A DNA stretch of 57,336 nt from a virus (lineage: Duplodnaviria > Caudoviricetes): positions 1 to 57,336 of the IMG/VR virus record IMGVR_UViG_3300030331_003845. One strand, given 5' to 3'. How positions within the stretch are numbered: the first letter of the stretch is position 1; the number at the start of each line of letters is the position of its first letter. The translations under genes were made by a program, and so were the position numbers. The notes under the pieces were generated by a model. That model did not search any database. It saw nothing but the letters and a program-made list of their open reading frames with translations, and had not been told where the DNA came from. Below are positions 45,805 through 54,283 of the stretch, piece after piece.

Positions 45805-45946
45805 TTAGTTCTCCTGTTTTAGTGGCCACTTTGAGAGATGTTTTCTCCTTTTTGCGGTCGTACAACTTTTTAGATTTTACCACTTTGGATTTGAAAATGC
45901 TAGACCTTACGAGTTTTGCGAATGGATTCTTTAGCGTTTTTAGCAA
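45797..45946 (-). CDS. 49-aa basic peptide with ArfA-like pattern (not in ORF track)
   Basis: GAGG SD plus TTG; KNPFAKLVRSSIFKSKVVKSKKLYDRKKEK. Confidence 0.55.
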   Translation of the reverse strand: MLKTLKNPFAKLVRSSIFKSKVVKSKKLYDRKKEKTSLKVATKTGELND

Positions 45947-46271
45947 TTTTTACTACCTCATTTTTGCCCATTACTTTAGCACGTTGCTCCATGACTGTAA
46001 GAATCTGTATTTTTCTTGCAAATGGCTTGTTCACATTTTTAACTTTTTTTACTGTAGCTCTTGCGTCTGCTGGGGTAGCAAATTTTATTTTTACAGTATC
46101 TTTAGGATTTTCATCAGTATATAATCTTCTATCAGAACCTGGTGGTTTTTTACCTGTTCCTACTTTAGGATCTCCACCCTTTGAAAAAACTTGTATTTTT
46201 CTTTTTTGATCTCTAGCACCCCTAAGTTTGCCTTCGACTTGCTTTGACATTGATCCTCTACCTATAGCCAT
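45900..46271 (-). CDS. Basic hypothetical protein (start MAIGR)
   Basis: FSKGG, RRLYTDENPKDTV, ILTVMEQRA. Confidence 0.75.
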   Translation of the reverse strand: MAIGRGSMSKQVEGKLRGARDQKRKIQVFSKGGDPKVGTGKKPPGSDRRLYTDENPKDTVKIKFATPADARATVKKVKNVNKPFARKIQILTVMEQRAKVMGKNEVVKIAKNAKESIRKTRKV

Positions 46272-46272
46272 A

Positions 46273-46743
46273 TTATTGTATCCATGGTGTATAATGAGTC
46301 TTACCATCAACTCGAGCAGCACGCAACCATTGTTGTCTGTTGCTATTACGCGAGTATGAGCAATGAATCCAGCCAGACGATGGTTCGCCGTCTTTGTAAA
46401 ATTCAAGGATTCCTTGGTCTACTTCAAGATTATCTCTAATCCAACGAGCTAGTTCCCTATTGTCAACACCTGGTATTTCAAAGTCAGCTGCAGCTGATTC
46501 TTCAGAAGCTGTATGTTGACTGTTTACTGAACTACCAATTTCTATGCACAGCTGAGCACATCGAAATCCACTAGAAATAATTAGAGGCTTGTCAAAATGT
46601 GATCTTATTGGTTGAAGTACATTTACAGCAAGAGCTTTTAAATTTTCTATTTGTTCAGGACTAGGATTGTTGTTAATTCCTTTTCTCTCAGCCACTTGGC
46701 TTTTTGTAAGTTCGTCTAAAGTTATGTTAGCAGTTAACTTCAT
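46273..46743 (-). CDS. Endolysin, peptidase M15 family
   Basis: SSGFRC...SQH...AADF...WIHCSY zinc-binding motifs. Confidence 0.9.
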   Translation of the reverse strand: MKLTANITLDELTKSQVAERKGINNNPSPEQIENLKALAVNVLQPIRSHFDKPLIISSGFRCAQLCIEIGSSVNSQHTASEESAAADFEIPGVDNRELARWIRDNLEVDQGILEFYKDGEPSSGWIHCSYSRNSNRQQWLRAARVDGKTHYTPWIQ

Positions 46744-47384
46744 TTTTTCTCCTTAATTTTGTAAAACATATCGTCTGTATCATCTGTTACCCAATCTTTG
46801 TTTTCGACAGACCACTCTGTAGTTTGCACTTTATAGTCTGGCCAAGATCGATCAGTAGTATAGTTAGAAACGCTCCACAAGATACGATTATTAGGCTGAG
46901 CAGCATAATTCCCGTTATCAAGTGCCAATATATGTGCACACTTATGTTCTTGAGGAATTTCAGAATGTTCAGCATCAATTTCATTAATTTCTGGACTCGC
47001 CCAATCGATTGTAAATTGATATTCTCCATGATAAAATTTTTTATCCTTTCCTAAAAATTTACCGCGCTGCCCACTAAGAAAATCAAATTCAGTGCAACTA
47101 GGATAATAACTAAAACAATTCCACAATTCCAACTGGTCAACCGACATATTTGGCACTTCGGTTCTACAAAATTGTTTTTGGAAAAACGCTGAGATAGGCA
47201 ATCTCCAATAACACGCACCGTTGGGTAACATACAGTGAAAAAGTAATGAACGCCCCGTGATACTCGCCATACCAAAGATAACGCAATCAAGACTTTCTTT
47301 TTTATACTTAGGATCGAGATCATATAAGTATTCTTTCTTTACTTTAGCATACACTGTTGGAATGTTTATGTTAAGATAGGCCAT
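46740..47384 (-). CDS. Conserved phage hypothetical protein
   Basis: RLPISAF, LWNCFSY, FTIDW, EHKCAH, AAQPNNR. Confidence 0.85.
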   Translation of the reverse strand: MAYLNINIPTVYAKVKKEYLYDLDPKYKKESLDCVIFGMASITGRSLLFHCMLPNGACYWRLPISAFFQKQFCRTEVPNMSVDQLELWNCFSYYPSCTEFDFLSGQRGKFLGKDKKFYHGEYQFTIDWASPEINEIDAEHSEIPQEHKCAHILALDNGNYAAQPNNRILWSVSNYTTDRSWPDYKVQTTEWSVENKDWVTDDTDDMFYKIKEKK

Positions 47385-47387
47385 AGA

Positions 47388-47474
47388 TTATTTGTTATCA
47401 TTTAAACCAACATAAATCACTACACATAATAAAATAAATGCAATTATAGTGTTTATAGGTAGAAAAGGTTCCAT
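47388..47474 (-). CDS. 28-aa TM micropeptide (not in ORF track)
   Basis: MEPFLPINTIIAFILLCVVIYVGLNDNK; TAATG-coupled. Confidence 0.55.
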   Translation of the reverse strand: MEPFLPINTIIAFILLCVVIYVGLNDNK

Positions 47475-47530
47475 TATTCAGATATTCCCATTATCCATAG
47501 CATTATAAATATATAACAAATGGGTTCCAT
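47474..47530 (-). CDS. 18-aa hydrophobic micropeptide (not in ORF track)
   Basis: MEPICYIFIMLWIMGISE; TAATG-coupled at both ends. Confidence 0.45.
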   Translation of the reverse strand: MEPICYIFIMLWIMGISE

Positions 47531-47739
47531 TATGGTAGTATTTTAACAATTTTTTTTCTATCCATGTATATCTCTGTTTGAGCATTCACTTTTTTACAAG
47601 TAAATACAACTCTCTCAGGATTTACCTCGTTTTGAGCTAGGCGCTTTGATTTCAAACAATCGGATAACGACGTTTTGTACGTATGTTCTATCATTGAACC
47701 ATTCAAAGTTAAAATTAATGCAAATACAGTCTCTATCAT
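47530..47739 (-). CDS. Small Cys-containing secreted-type protein
   Basis: MIETVFALIL...SLSDCLKSKR...FTCKK. Confidence 0.7.
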   Translation of the reverse strand: MIETVFALILTLNGSMIEHTYKTSLSDCLKSKRLAQNEVNPERVVFTCKKVNAQTEIYMDRKKIVKILP

Positions 47740-47900
47740 AATACTTTACCTTTGTTTGGTCCGTATTTAATTCTGTATTTATGCGTACCCGTAGCATTAA
47801 TCTCTACTTCTTTTTTGAGATCTTTGACATAGCTCATTTGTTTTGCTTTTTTCTCTTGTTCAGAGATATAATCTAAAATTTTTTTAGTGATTCTTTCCAT
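47736..47900 (-). CDS. 54-aa hypothetical protein (not in ORF track)
   Basis: MERITKKILDYI...GPNKGKVL; ATGA-coupled. Confidence 0.6.
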   Translation of the reverse strand: MERITKKILDYISEQEKKAKQMSYVKDLKKEVEINATGTHKYRIKYGPNKGKVL

Positions 47901-48279
47901 TTCCGTTCCTAATAATTTTTTCTACATCCTCAGTTAACTTCTCAGTTCTTTTTTTTAAAAACTCTATGTTTACCGCATTGTTTCTCATACTCTTTAGCTC
48001 CGCCTCTACATCCTCTAATAAACCACTGACATGTTCAACAATCATAAAAAGTTCTGCTTCTCCGGCTGATTGACCTAACTCACCTCTTGGATACTTAATT
48101 CTAAACTCTGAGTTTTGGTCTAAATCTTTTTGCATCAACTCTATCTTTGTGGAGTGCTGATTTAATTTTTCATGAATGCCAAAATAAGCCCAGGTTCCAA
48201 TCGCGATTATCGCGATCAAACTGGCAACCGTCTTCATAGGCATCTGTACAGCTGCTGATTCCGAGATTTTTAGGGCCAT
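47884..48279 (-). CDS. Membrane-anchored coiled-coil protein (possible spanin-like lysis accessory)
   Basis: N-terminal TM then coiled coil; near the endolysin. Confidence 0.6.
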   Translation of the reverse strand: MALKISESAAVQMPMKTVASLIAIIAIGTWAYFGIHEKLNQHSTKIELMQKDLDQNSEFRIKYPRGELGQSAGEAELFMIVEHVSGLLEDVEAELKSMRNNAVNIEFLKKRTEKLTEDVEKIIRNGNGKNH

Positions 48280-48281
48280 AA

Positions 48282-48362
48282 CTACTTATAGAAACCTTTA
48301 AAAATCCAATCAACCATTTTATTCCAAAGGTTTTTGGCTTTTTCCCATATTTTTTTTAACAT
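48282..48362 (-). CDS. 26-aa amphipathic Trp/Lys peptide (not in ORF track)
   Basis: MLKKIWEKAKNLWNKMVDWIFKGFYK; GGAG/GGA SD upstream. Confidence 0.55.
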   Translation of the reverse strand: MLKKIWEKAKNLWNKMVDWIFKGFYK

Positions 48363-48673
48363 TTCCATCTCCTTCTTGCTTGTCTTAATCTTGAATTTGG
48401 ATCTTTGGCTGCTTTTGGAAACTTCTTCATTTGACCCGCGCTTCTAGCACAGAATGATTTACGTCTCTTTGCATCCTTAGAACCTTTCTTTACTTTTCCA
48501 GTTACTGCAGTTTTTAACTTAGAGCCTGGATTATCTCTACGATATTTTGCAACACCTGCAGCAGTCATACCGGCTCCTTTTTTTGTAGCTCGGTAATATT
48601 TTTTTGTTCGAGGTGGTTGAACATCCCCACCTCTTTTTAATTTCAATATATCTGAATAGTATTCAATATCCAT
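48356..48673 (-). CDS. Basic protein (RRKSFCAR...RRWKC family)
   Basis: NPGSKLKTAVTG, RRKSFCARS, ARRRWKC. Confidence 0.8.
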   Translation of the reverse strand: MDIEYYSDILKLKRGGDVQPPRTKKYYRATKKGAGMTAAGVAKYRRDNPGSKLKTAVTGKVKKGSKDAKRRKSFCARSAGQMKKFPKAAKDPNSRLRQARRRWKC

Positions 48674-48981
48674 TAGCCCGTGAAGGTAATAGTAACACCA
48701 GCAGTGCCTGAGATTGTGGCATGAATTCCATCTTGAAATACAATACCGTTACCAGGTAAATACATATCCAAACCCTCTTCTCCAAATAAATAAGTTGCCA
48801 CAATATCGCCAGTTGCACCACCCGTTCTAAAAATAATAGAACCATTAGTGCTGTTTCCCTTACCTTGTATAGAGGTAAGTCTGCATTTATGTGTAAAACC
48901 TGTTCCGCCTAATGCAACCATTTGACCTGTGCTTGTTGCATGTGCCGACTGTTGGTCTGATGAAAAGCTTGATCCGCCCAT
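48673..48981 (-). CDS. Small virion protein
   Basis: LPGNGIVFQDG motif; AGGAG SD. Confidence 0.75.
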   Translation of the reverse strand: MGGSSFSSDQQSAHATSTGQMVALGGTGFTHKCRLTSIQGKGNSTNGSIIFRTGGATGDIVATYLFGEEGLDMYLPGNGIVFQDGIHATISGTAGVTITFTG

Positions 48982-49001
48982 AAAATTTTATCTCCTAAGT
49001 T

Positions 49002-49023
49002 TGGTGCTCCCGAAGGAGCACCA
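49002..49023 (-). other. cUUCGg tetraloop hairpin (mRNA stabiliser, or + strand terminator)
   Basis: UGGUGCUCC-UUCG-GGAGCACCA on the minus strand. Confidence 0.7.
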
Positions 49024-49031
49024 TATTTTTA

Positions 49032-49460
49032 TTATGTTATGTTTCTATTCTGTATGTACTCAACAGTTAAAACACCTTCTCCACTTCCTGAGCCTGGTGA
49101 AATAAAAACAATAGTTTGATCAGAAGAACCTGTATTTTTCCAGTTAGCTTCCGTACCTGTGCTTGTTGCATTTACTCTGTGAGCTCCAACTGTACCTACA
49201 GCCAAACCATCTACGAATAAATCTGTATCAGATGATATTCCAACATCGATTGTGTTAGTACCATTGTCAAATGCAGTAGTTACTAAAACATAAACGTTTG
49301 TGATTTGTGAATTAGCAGGGATAATAATATCCGTAGTTCCAAAAGCATTAACTTCTGTTACTGCTGCTGATTGTGCCATGACCGTAAACCCGACGTTCGC
49401 TGCAGCACCTTCTCTTTTATCTCCGGCTTTAATTGGTCCGGAAAATGTTGTTGTTGCCAT
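49032..49460 (-). CDS. Capsid-associated virion protein
   Basis: MATTTFSGPIK, IPANSQI; AGGAGG SD. Confidence 0.8.
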   Translation of the reverse strand: MATTTFSGPIKAGDKREGAAANVGFTVMAQSAAVTEVNAFGTTDIIIPANSQITNVYVLVTTAFDNGTNTIDVGISSDTDLFVDGLAVGTVGAHRVNATSTGTEANWKNTGSSDQTIVFISPGSGSGEGVLTVEYIQNRNIT

Positions 49461-49469
49461 AATTTCCTC

Positions 49470-49542
49470 CTGTATAGCGTTACGTCATACAATCTCTATA
49501 CCGTCTGCCTAGTCAGTTTGCATGACAATTTAATCTAGGTTG
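49470..49542 (-). ncRNA. Candidate structured 5' leader RNA with two possible pseudoknots
   Basis: GUCAUGCAA/UUGUAUGAC stem; CCUAG/CUAGG and GUAUAG/CUAUAC cross-pairings; TATAAT just upstream. Confidence 0.55.
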
Positions 49543-49556
49543 TTTTCATTATACAT

Positions 49557-49587
49557 AAAAAAAGGGGCGATGTGAACACCGCCCCTT
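49557..49587 (-). terminator. Rho-independent terminator after the capsid gene
   Basis: AAGGGGCG/CGCCCCTT stem with a U run on the minus strand. Confidence 0.85.
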
Positions 49588-49610
49588 CAAATTAGATTAT
49601 GTAACTAGAA

Positions 49611-50519
49611 TTATAACTTACCGTTACCAAATACACATCTTGGATCTGAGAATCCAAATGAGTATCTTTCTCTAGCTTTAAATCTGACGTTTCCTGTCTC
49701 AAAATCACCTTCCATTGCAGTTTTGATTGGCGCTCTTACGAAATGCTTGAATCCATTAGGGATATCAGTCATTATGAAGTATGCATCCGTGTCAGATAAA
49801 AAGTTATTAACTCTATATCCTTGTGGAATCATACCCATAGATGCAATCGCATTGATGTCGTTATCTGCAGTTGCCGTTCTTTGAGGAGACTTCATTAATC
49901 TTTCTGCTGTAAATTGTAATTCTTTTGGAATTATCATTTTTACGCCTTGTGCAGCGATTTTTAAGCCTCTTTCATCGACGAAAGCGTTGATATCGATCAA
50001 TGACTGCTCTAGTGAAGTTTCGTTTAAGTCTGCAGCTGTTGCTAATACGTTCGTGAATGTACCACCAGACGCTAATGGGTGGTTGTTCGCTATTAAAGGA
50101 ACTCCATCTCCACCAGGGTTAGCAGCATTCTGAGCGTTATTTAGAATAGACGCAGATTTAACTTGCTTCGTGTTAGACATAGATCTTGCTAATGCTCTTG
50201 TGTATCTAGCAGCAAGTCTGTCATAAAGGTTATCTTCGATTGCTTCCTCTGTGATAGCGAATGCAAGTGCTACAGTGTCGTGTGTGTATCTAGCAGTGAA
50301 TGACTCAGTTGCTTGATCAAATACGACTGACGCACCTTCTTGTTTTACTGGTGCTCCAGCAAAACCAGATAGCATTACTTCCTCTTCGAAAGCTCTGTCA
50401 GATGTTTCTGTGTTGTATATCTCCGTATGTTGATTTTCATAACGGTTATACTCCAGGCCGAATAGTGCATTCAAACCTGGCTCTAGTTCTTTGACTAGTT
50501 GTGCTCTACTTATTGCCAT
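49611..50519 (-). CDS. Major capsid protein
   Basis: MAISRAQLVKELEPGLNALFG...KARERYSFG.SDPR; strong codon bias; follows scaffold; terminator downstream. Confidence 0.92.
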   Translation of the reverse strand: MAISRAQLVKELEPGLNALFGLEYNRYENQHTEIYNTETSDRAFEEEVMLSGFAGAPVKQEGASVVFDQATESFTARYTHDTVALAFAITEEAIEDNLYDRLAARYTRALARSMSNTKQVKSASILNNAQNAANPGGDGVPLIANNHPLASGGTFTNVLATAADLNETSLEQSLIDINAFVDERGLKIAAQGVKMIIPKELQFTAERLMKSPQRTATADNDINAIASMGMIPQGYRVNNFLSDTDAYFIMTDIPNGFKHFVRAPIKTAMEGDFETGNVRFKARERYSFGFSDPRCVFGNGKL

Positions 50520-50530
50520 AGTTTATACTC

Positions 50531-51106
50531 CTATACTCCTGTTTGGTGTCTGAAGAAGTGTCTGTTAATTCTAACTAAGATGTTAGCATTAGCACTTGAC
50601 ACGTCGCTGTTATTTGGATCTTGCGAAATATCAATGGCTTGAACCATGTATGACGCGTTAGTTCCAGATTCAGAAACATCAAGTTGAACTTCTGAGATAC
50701 CTGTTTTAGTGTTACCGCCACCGTTGTTTAACGAATAGTTTTGGAACAGATCTGCTTGTGCAAAAGTGTCATCCGCATTAATCAAAAACACAGCATCAGG
50801 GTCATCTACTACAAATGCAGTTATGTCATCTGCAGCGATTCCGCCTGGGTATGAATTTGAAAAGGTTGGCTTTTGCGTAGTAGGGTCTGTATAAAAACAT
50901 CCGTTGAAAACTCCAATAACATGATTTGACGTGCCGCCTGTATGTCTTTCGATTACGCCAGCAGTCTTCGGTTCAACTAAGTCACCTTGAAATATCGCAG
51001 TGCCATAGTTGTTCGCGATTTTATATCTGTTTTGAGCTCCAACTAGTGGTGTACCATCAAGTTTTCTGTGTGGTCTAAGACCAAACTTTTCTAGTACGTT
51101 TGCCAT
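50531..51106 (-). CDS. Capsid decoration / minor capsid protein
   Basis: FGLRP, IFQGDLV, GVFNGCFYTDP. Confidence 0.75.
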   Translation of the reverse strand: MANVLEKFGLRPHRKLDGTPLVGAQNRYKIANNYGTAIFQGDLVEPKTAGVIERHTGGTSNHVIGVFNGCFYTDPTTQKPTFSNSYPGGIAADDITAFVVDDPDAVFLINADDTFAQADLFQNYSLNNGGGNTKTGISEVQLDVSESGTNASYMVQAIDISQDPNNSDVSSANANILVRINRHFFRHQTGV

Positions 51107-51172
51107 AAGTTTTTCTCCTATTACTTATATTGTTAGTGTTAACCAACCTTGTAGGTTGTAATCGTTAATAAA

Positions 51173-51640
51173 TTAACTCTTACGGCCACCTCCAAAGGTT
51201 ACTTTGGACTGCCTCTCAATATTGATTGGCATATCCGGATGTTGTTCCTTCATAAGATCTCTATCTACCGCTTCCATTCGATCCTGAGATATTCTATTAA
51301 AATATTCAGAACGGCTTTTTAAGATCTCTGTTGGTATCCTTCCCAACGCAAGGCCTCCAATTCCGACGATCCCCTGATGTTTGCCCTCAGAAATGACTGG
51401 ATAATCGTTTTCACCAATTTCACTTAACAGTGTATCAGCTCTGACAAATTCCCAACCTTCTCTAAGTTTTCTAGATACATTTGATGTATCTTCAAAACCG
51501 GCAACGGACATTCTTATCCATCGATGTTCATATCCGTTAGGTGCAGGTGGTGCATCCAAACTGGAAGATGGAGTCCAAACTTTTTTTCGAGATTGTTTTT
51601 CTCGAGTTTGTGACTCGCGTGAAGTTTTTATTTTGTTCAT
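51173..51640 (-). CDS. Conserved head-assembly protein
   Basis: WTPSSSLDAPP..GY.HRWIR, LREGWE. Confidence 0.75.
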   Translation of the reverse strand: MNKIKTSRESQTREKQSRKKVWTPSSSLDAPPAPNGYEHRWIRMSVAGFEDTSNVSRKLREGWEFVRADTLLSEIGENDYPVISEGKHQGIVGIGGLALGRIPTEILKSRSEYFNRISQDRMEAVDRDLMKEQHPDMPINIERQSKVTFGGGRKS

Positions 51641-52611
51641 TCGCCCTCCTTCACGTATTTAGCGTATTCCTCTAAAGGCACCCCTAATTTCTTAGCGATT
51701 ACTACCTGTGATTTGGTGAGTTTCACAGACTTGCGTCCTCCTTGTCTTCGACTTACTGAAGCTACATTTTGGACAGGTTTAGTAGCAACAGGTTTTTCTT
51801 CAGTCGTAGACTGGGCAAACTTCTGAGGGAAGTACTCCTTCATACGTTCGTTAATGTTAGTATAATATTCGTCAGAGTCAGAAGCAACCCCCTCTGCTAA
51901 TAAATCTTCGTGAATTGACATCGCAGCGTTAGTCATAACTCTGTCAGTGCCAAACCAAGAATTTTTTGTAGCCCAATCAGTCGCTTTTTGACTAACTGGT
52001 GGTGGAGGTGTTTCACCTGATTCCTCTTGCTTTTGCTCTTTCTCTTCCGAATCTTTTGGTTGTGCTGCCTTAGAGACATTTACTTTCTCTTTTTCGACAG
52101 CAAGTTTAGCAATGGCTGCATTAGCCTCAGCTATTTTATCTGCATCTTGTGCTTCTATAGCCTCTTTCAATATTTTCTTTTGTCTTTCTGTTTCAGAGTC
52201 TACTCTTGCATCATATTCAGATAGATAGTTCTTGCTAGTTTCATCTGATTTCTTTTCTAAGGAATCATATTTTTTCTTCAGTCCTTTGGCATAATTGAGA
52301 GCTGCTTTTTCTCTTCTTTCAGCTTCTTTCTGCTTATAGACTAATTCATTGATTCTCTTTTGAAAATCAGAGTCTTGTTTTTTTAAGTTATCTTTTTTCT
52401 CTTCGACAACTTCTTCTTTTTTCTCCTCAACTTTAACATCTTCTTTTTTTTCAGTAGGTTTATTTACTATAGTGTATCCTAAATCTACTTCTTCTTTGGT
52501 TAATGTTGATGGATGTTCTTCTTGTTTTTGCTCAACACTGATTGATTCTTCTTTCACATCATCAGTATCGAGTTCAACCTCATTTTGAGGTTCTGCATTT
52601 ATGTCCGCCAT
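51637..52611 (-). CDS. Capsid scaffolding protein
   Basis: Acidic coiled coil, W...N.WFG, C-terminal IAKKLGVPLEEYAKY. Confidence 0.8.
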   Translation of the reverse strand: MADINAEPQNEVELDTDDVKEESISVEQKQEEHPSTLTKEEVDLGYTIVNKPTEKKEDVKVEEKKEEVVEEKKDNLKKQDSDFQKRINELVYKQKEAERREKAALNYAKGLKKKYDSLEKKSDETSKNYLSEYDARVDSETERQKKILKEAIEAQDADKIAEANAAIAKLAVEKEKVNVSKAAQPKDSEEKEQKQEESGETPPPPVSQKATDWATKNSWFGTDRVMTNAAMSIHEDLLAEGVASDSDEYYTNINERMKEYFPQKFAQSTTEEKPVATKPVQNVASVSRRQGGRKSVKLTKSQVVIAKKLGVPLEEYAKYVKEGE

Positions 52612-52620
52612 TTTTTCCTC

Positions 52621-53067
52621 CTAGTAAGCGTGCAAAATATCTGCAGGGTTTTTAATACGAGCGATGACTTCATCATCGTTAAGTATTCTTACTTCCCCTC
52701 CATCTATTTTGAATCTAGAGCCGGAATATCTTCCGAAAATGACCCAATCTCTTTCGTTACACCATTTACCAAAAGGAAATTTTTCTTTGTCTCGATAACA
52801 AAGCGAACCCATCTTCAAGACCAATCCACAGACTGTTGTCATTTGAATTGTATCATGAGTTGTGTCAGCTAAAATTAATCCACCCTTAGTTTTTTTTGGC
52901 CCTGCATATGGCAACACCAATAGCCTGTATCCTGTCGGATCTGGCAATCGCTCTAAAAGTGATTGATCAATTGATTGTTCGTCTAAGACCTTTGAGACTT
53001 CTTCTTTGTCCTTATAAGCTTTCTCAAGACTTTCCGTCTGTTTCGGTTTCTCCGTAGACTCCGTCAT
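52621..53067 (-). CDS. groES: GroES-like co-chaperonin
   Basis: PTGYRLLV...KTKGGLIL...FGRYSG...ILNDDEV. Confidence 0.88.
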   Translation of the reverse strand: MTESTEKPKQTESLEKAYKDKEEVSKVLDEQSIDQSLLERLPDPTGYRLLVLPYAGPKKTKGGLILADTTHDTIQMTTVCGLVLKMGSLCYRDKEKFPFGKWCNERDWVIFGRYSGSRFKIDGGEVRILNDDEVIARIKNPADILHAY

Positions 53068-53252
53068 TATAGCTCCGTTTTTTTTAACAGTTCATTTATG
53101 TCCTGTTGCAAATCCTCAAGGGATTTGATTTGTCCACGATGATACATTAGTTGTTTATCATCGTCAACGTTATATATAAGCGAATCTTTTGTATTATCAA
53201 CCCGCTTCTTAATAAGTTTTTTAATAGCATCTATAGTATCTATATCTGCCAC
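53067..53252 (-). CDS. Small hypothetical protein
   Basis: 61 aa, YHRGQIKSL. Confidence 0.7.
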   Translation of the reverse strand: MADIDTIDAIKKLIKKRVDNTKDSLIYNVDDDKQLMYHRGQIKSLEDLQQDINELLKKTEL

Positions 53253-53635
53253 TATTTCTTACCGTTTCTAAATATTTGCGTGCCCTTTATTCCAAATATG
53301 CTAGCCACTACCAAAATCCACAAGTTTGTGAACCAGGAAGGGAGTGATTGAAAATGATCAAAAAATATTTTGACCTTATCCATAGCAGTAGGATCGTCCG
53401 ATATAACCGCCCATGCGAGCACTGCTATCGGAGCGCTTAAAATAAGCAACACAAATTCGTCTTTCCAGTCAGATTGTCTAGCTTCCAATAATTTACCTTG
53501 GTAAGCTTCTTCTCCCCGAGCTTGTCTCTCGGCATGAAGTAATTGTGCTTCTGACATCGCCATTTTGGCCTTTTGTCGGTTCGCATATATTTTTGAACCG
53601 GCTTGGACCGCAACTTTAATTGCACTTAGCCACAT
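53252..53635 (-). CDS. Putative holin-like membrane protein
   Basis: DWKDEF, two TM helices, SIFGIKG; GGAGG SD. Confidence 0.7.
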   Translation of the reverse strand: MWLSAIKVAVQAGSKIYANRQKAKMAMSEAQLLHAERQARGEEAYQGKLLEARQSDWKDEFVLLILSAPIAVLAWAVISDDPTAMDKVKIFFDHFQSLPSWFTNLWILVVASIFGIKGTQIFRNGKK

Positions 53636-54162
53636 TTTTCCTCCAATACTTTGTTTAGTTTTCTGTACTTCTCGTTTTCGTTTTGATTATCGATATACAT
53701 TTTCAGTACTTTATCGATTTTATTTTTCCTTCGCAACGATAAAAAATTATATATTTTAAAAAAGATGTTTATGGCAGCTCTCCCTCTGACACGCCATCTA
53801 TACGTAGTTTTATGATGAGATTGACGAGGTTTGATAGTAAAAACAGATCCGCATTTAAAGAACGAGTGAATATTTTGAACAACATCTAAATCTGACATCT
53901 CAACAGAAATAGCTGGTATTTGATATTTTACGTTATTTTTTCTTCTTGTGGTTTCGTAGCTAATATACCCTTCACCATCAATTATACCCGCATAGTATGC
54001 TTCTTTATCTGAGTCCGATAAATTTTTTTCCTGACAATTGGATAGATGAGACTCCTTTGATGTCTGATCTTGAGCCCATTTCTCTATGCGGACAACCACC
54101 TGATTTGAGTCCTTGTGGGTTTGGTCCTCTTTCAGGGGGTGGACCGAATTTTTTTCCTCCAC
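53626..54162 (-). mobile_element. Free-standing single-motif LAGLIDADG homing endonuclease gene
   Basis: AYYAGIIDGEGYI motif, VEMSD, YRWRV. GTG at 54162 with GAGGAGG SD inside the upstream gene. Confidence 0.85.
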
Positions 54163-54283
54163 TTAAGCTACCTCCTCTTCGTTTGCCTGACACCGGTACA
54201 CAATTAGGAACCATTTTGTTGCCTTTTTTCTTCATTCCTTTTTGAATGTAGCCATCCCAACATGTTCCTTGTTTGTATGCCAT
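54005..54283 (-). CDS. Small basic protein (CWDGY..VPNCVP; GPPPERGP) ending GKKFIGLR
   Basis: 92 aa, TAATG-coupled to the portal gene. Confidence 0.75.
   Translation of the reverse strand: MAYKQGTCWDGYIQKGMKKKGNKMVPNCVPVSGKRRGGSLSGGKKFGPPPERGPNPQGLKSGGCPHREMGSRSDIKGVSSIQLSGKKFIGLR

Noticed and set aside
54005-54040. Programmed frameshift at GGAAAAAAATTT fusing the small protein to the LAGLIDADG ORF
   Set aside because: Unnecessary: the nuclease has its own GTG with a strong SD at 54162.
53626-54283. Group I intron around the LAGLIDADG gene
   Set aside because: Both flanking genes are intact and overlap the ORF; no space for an intron core.
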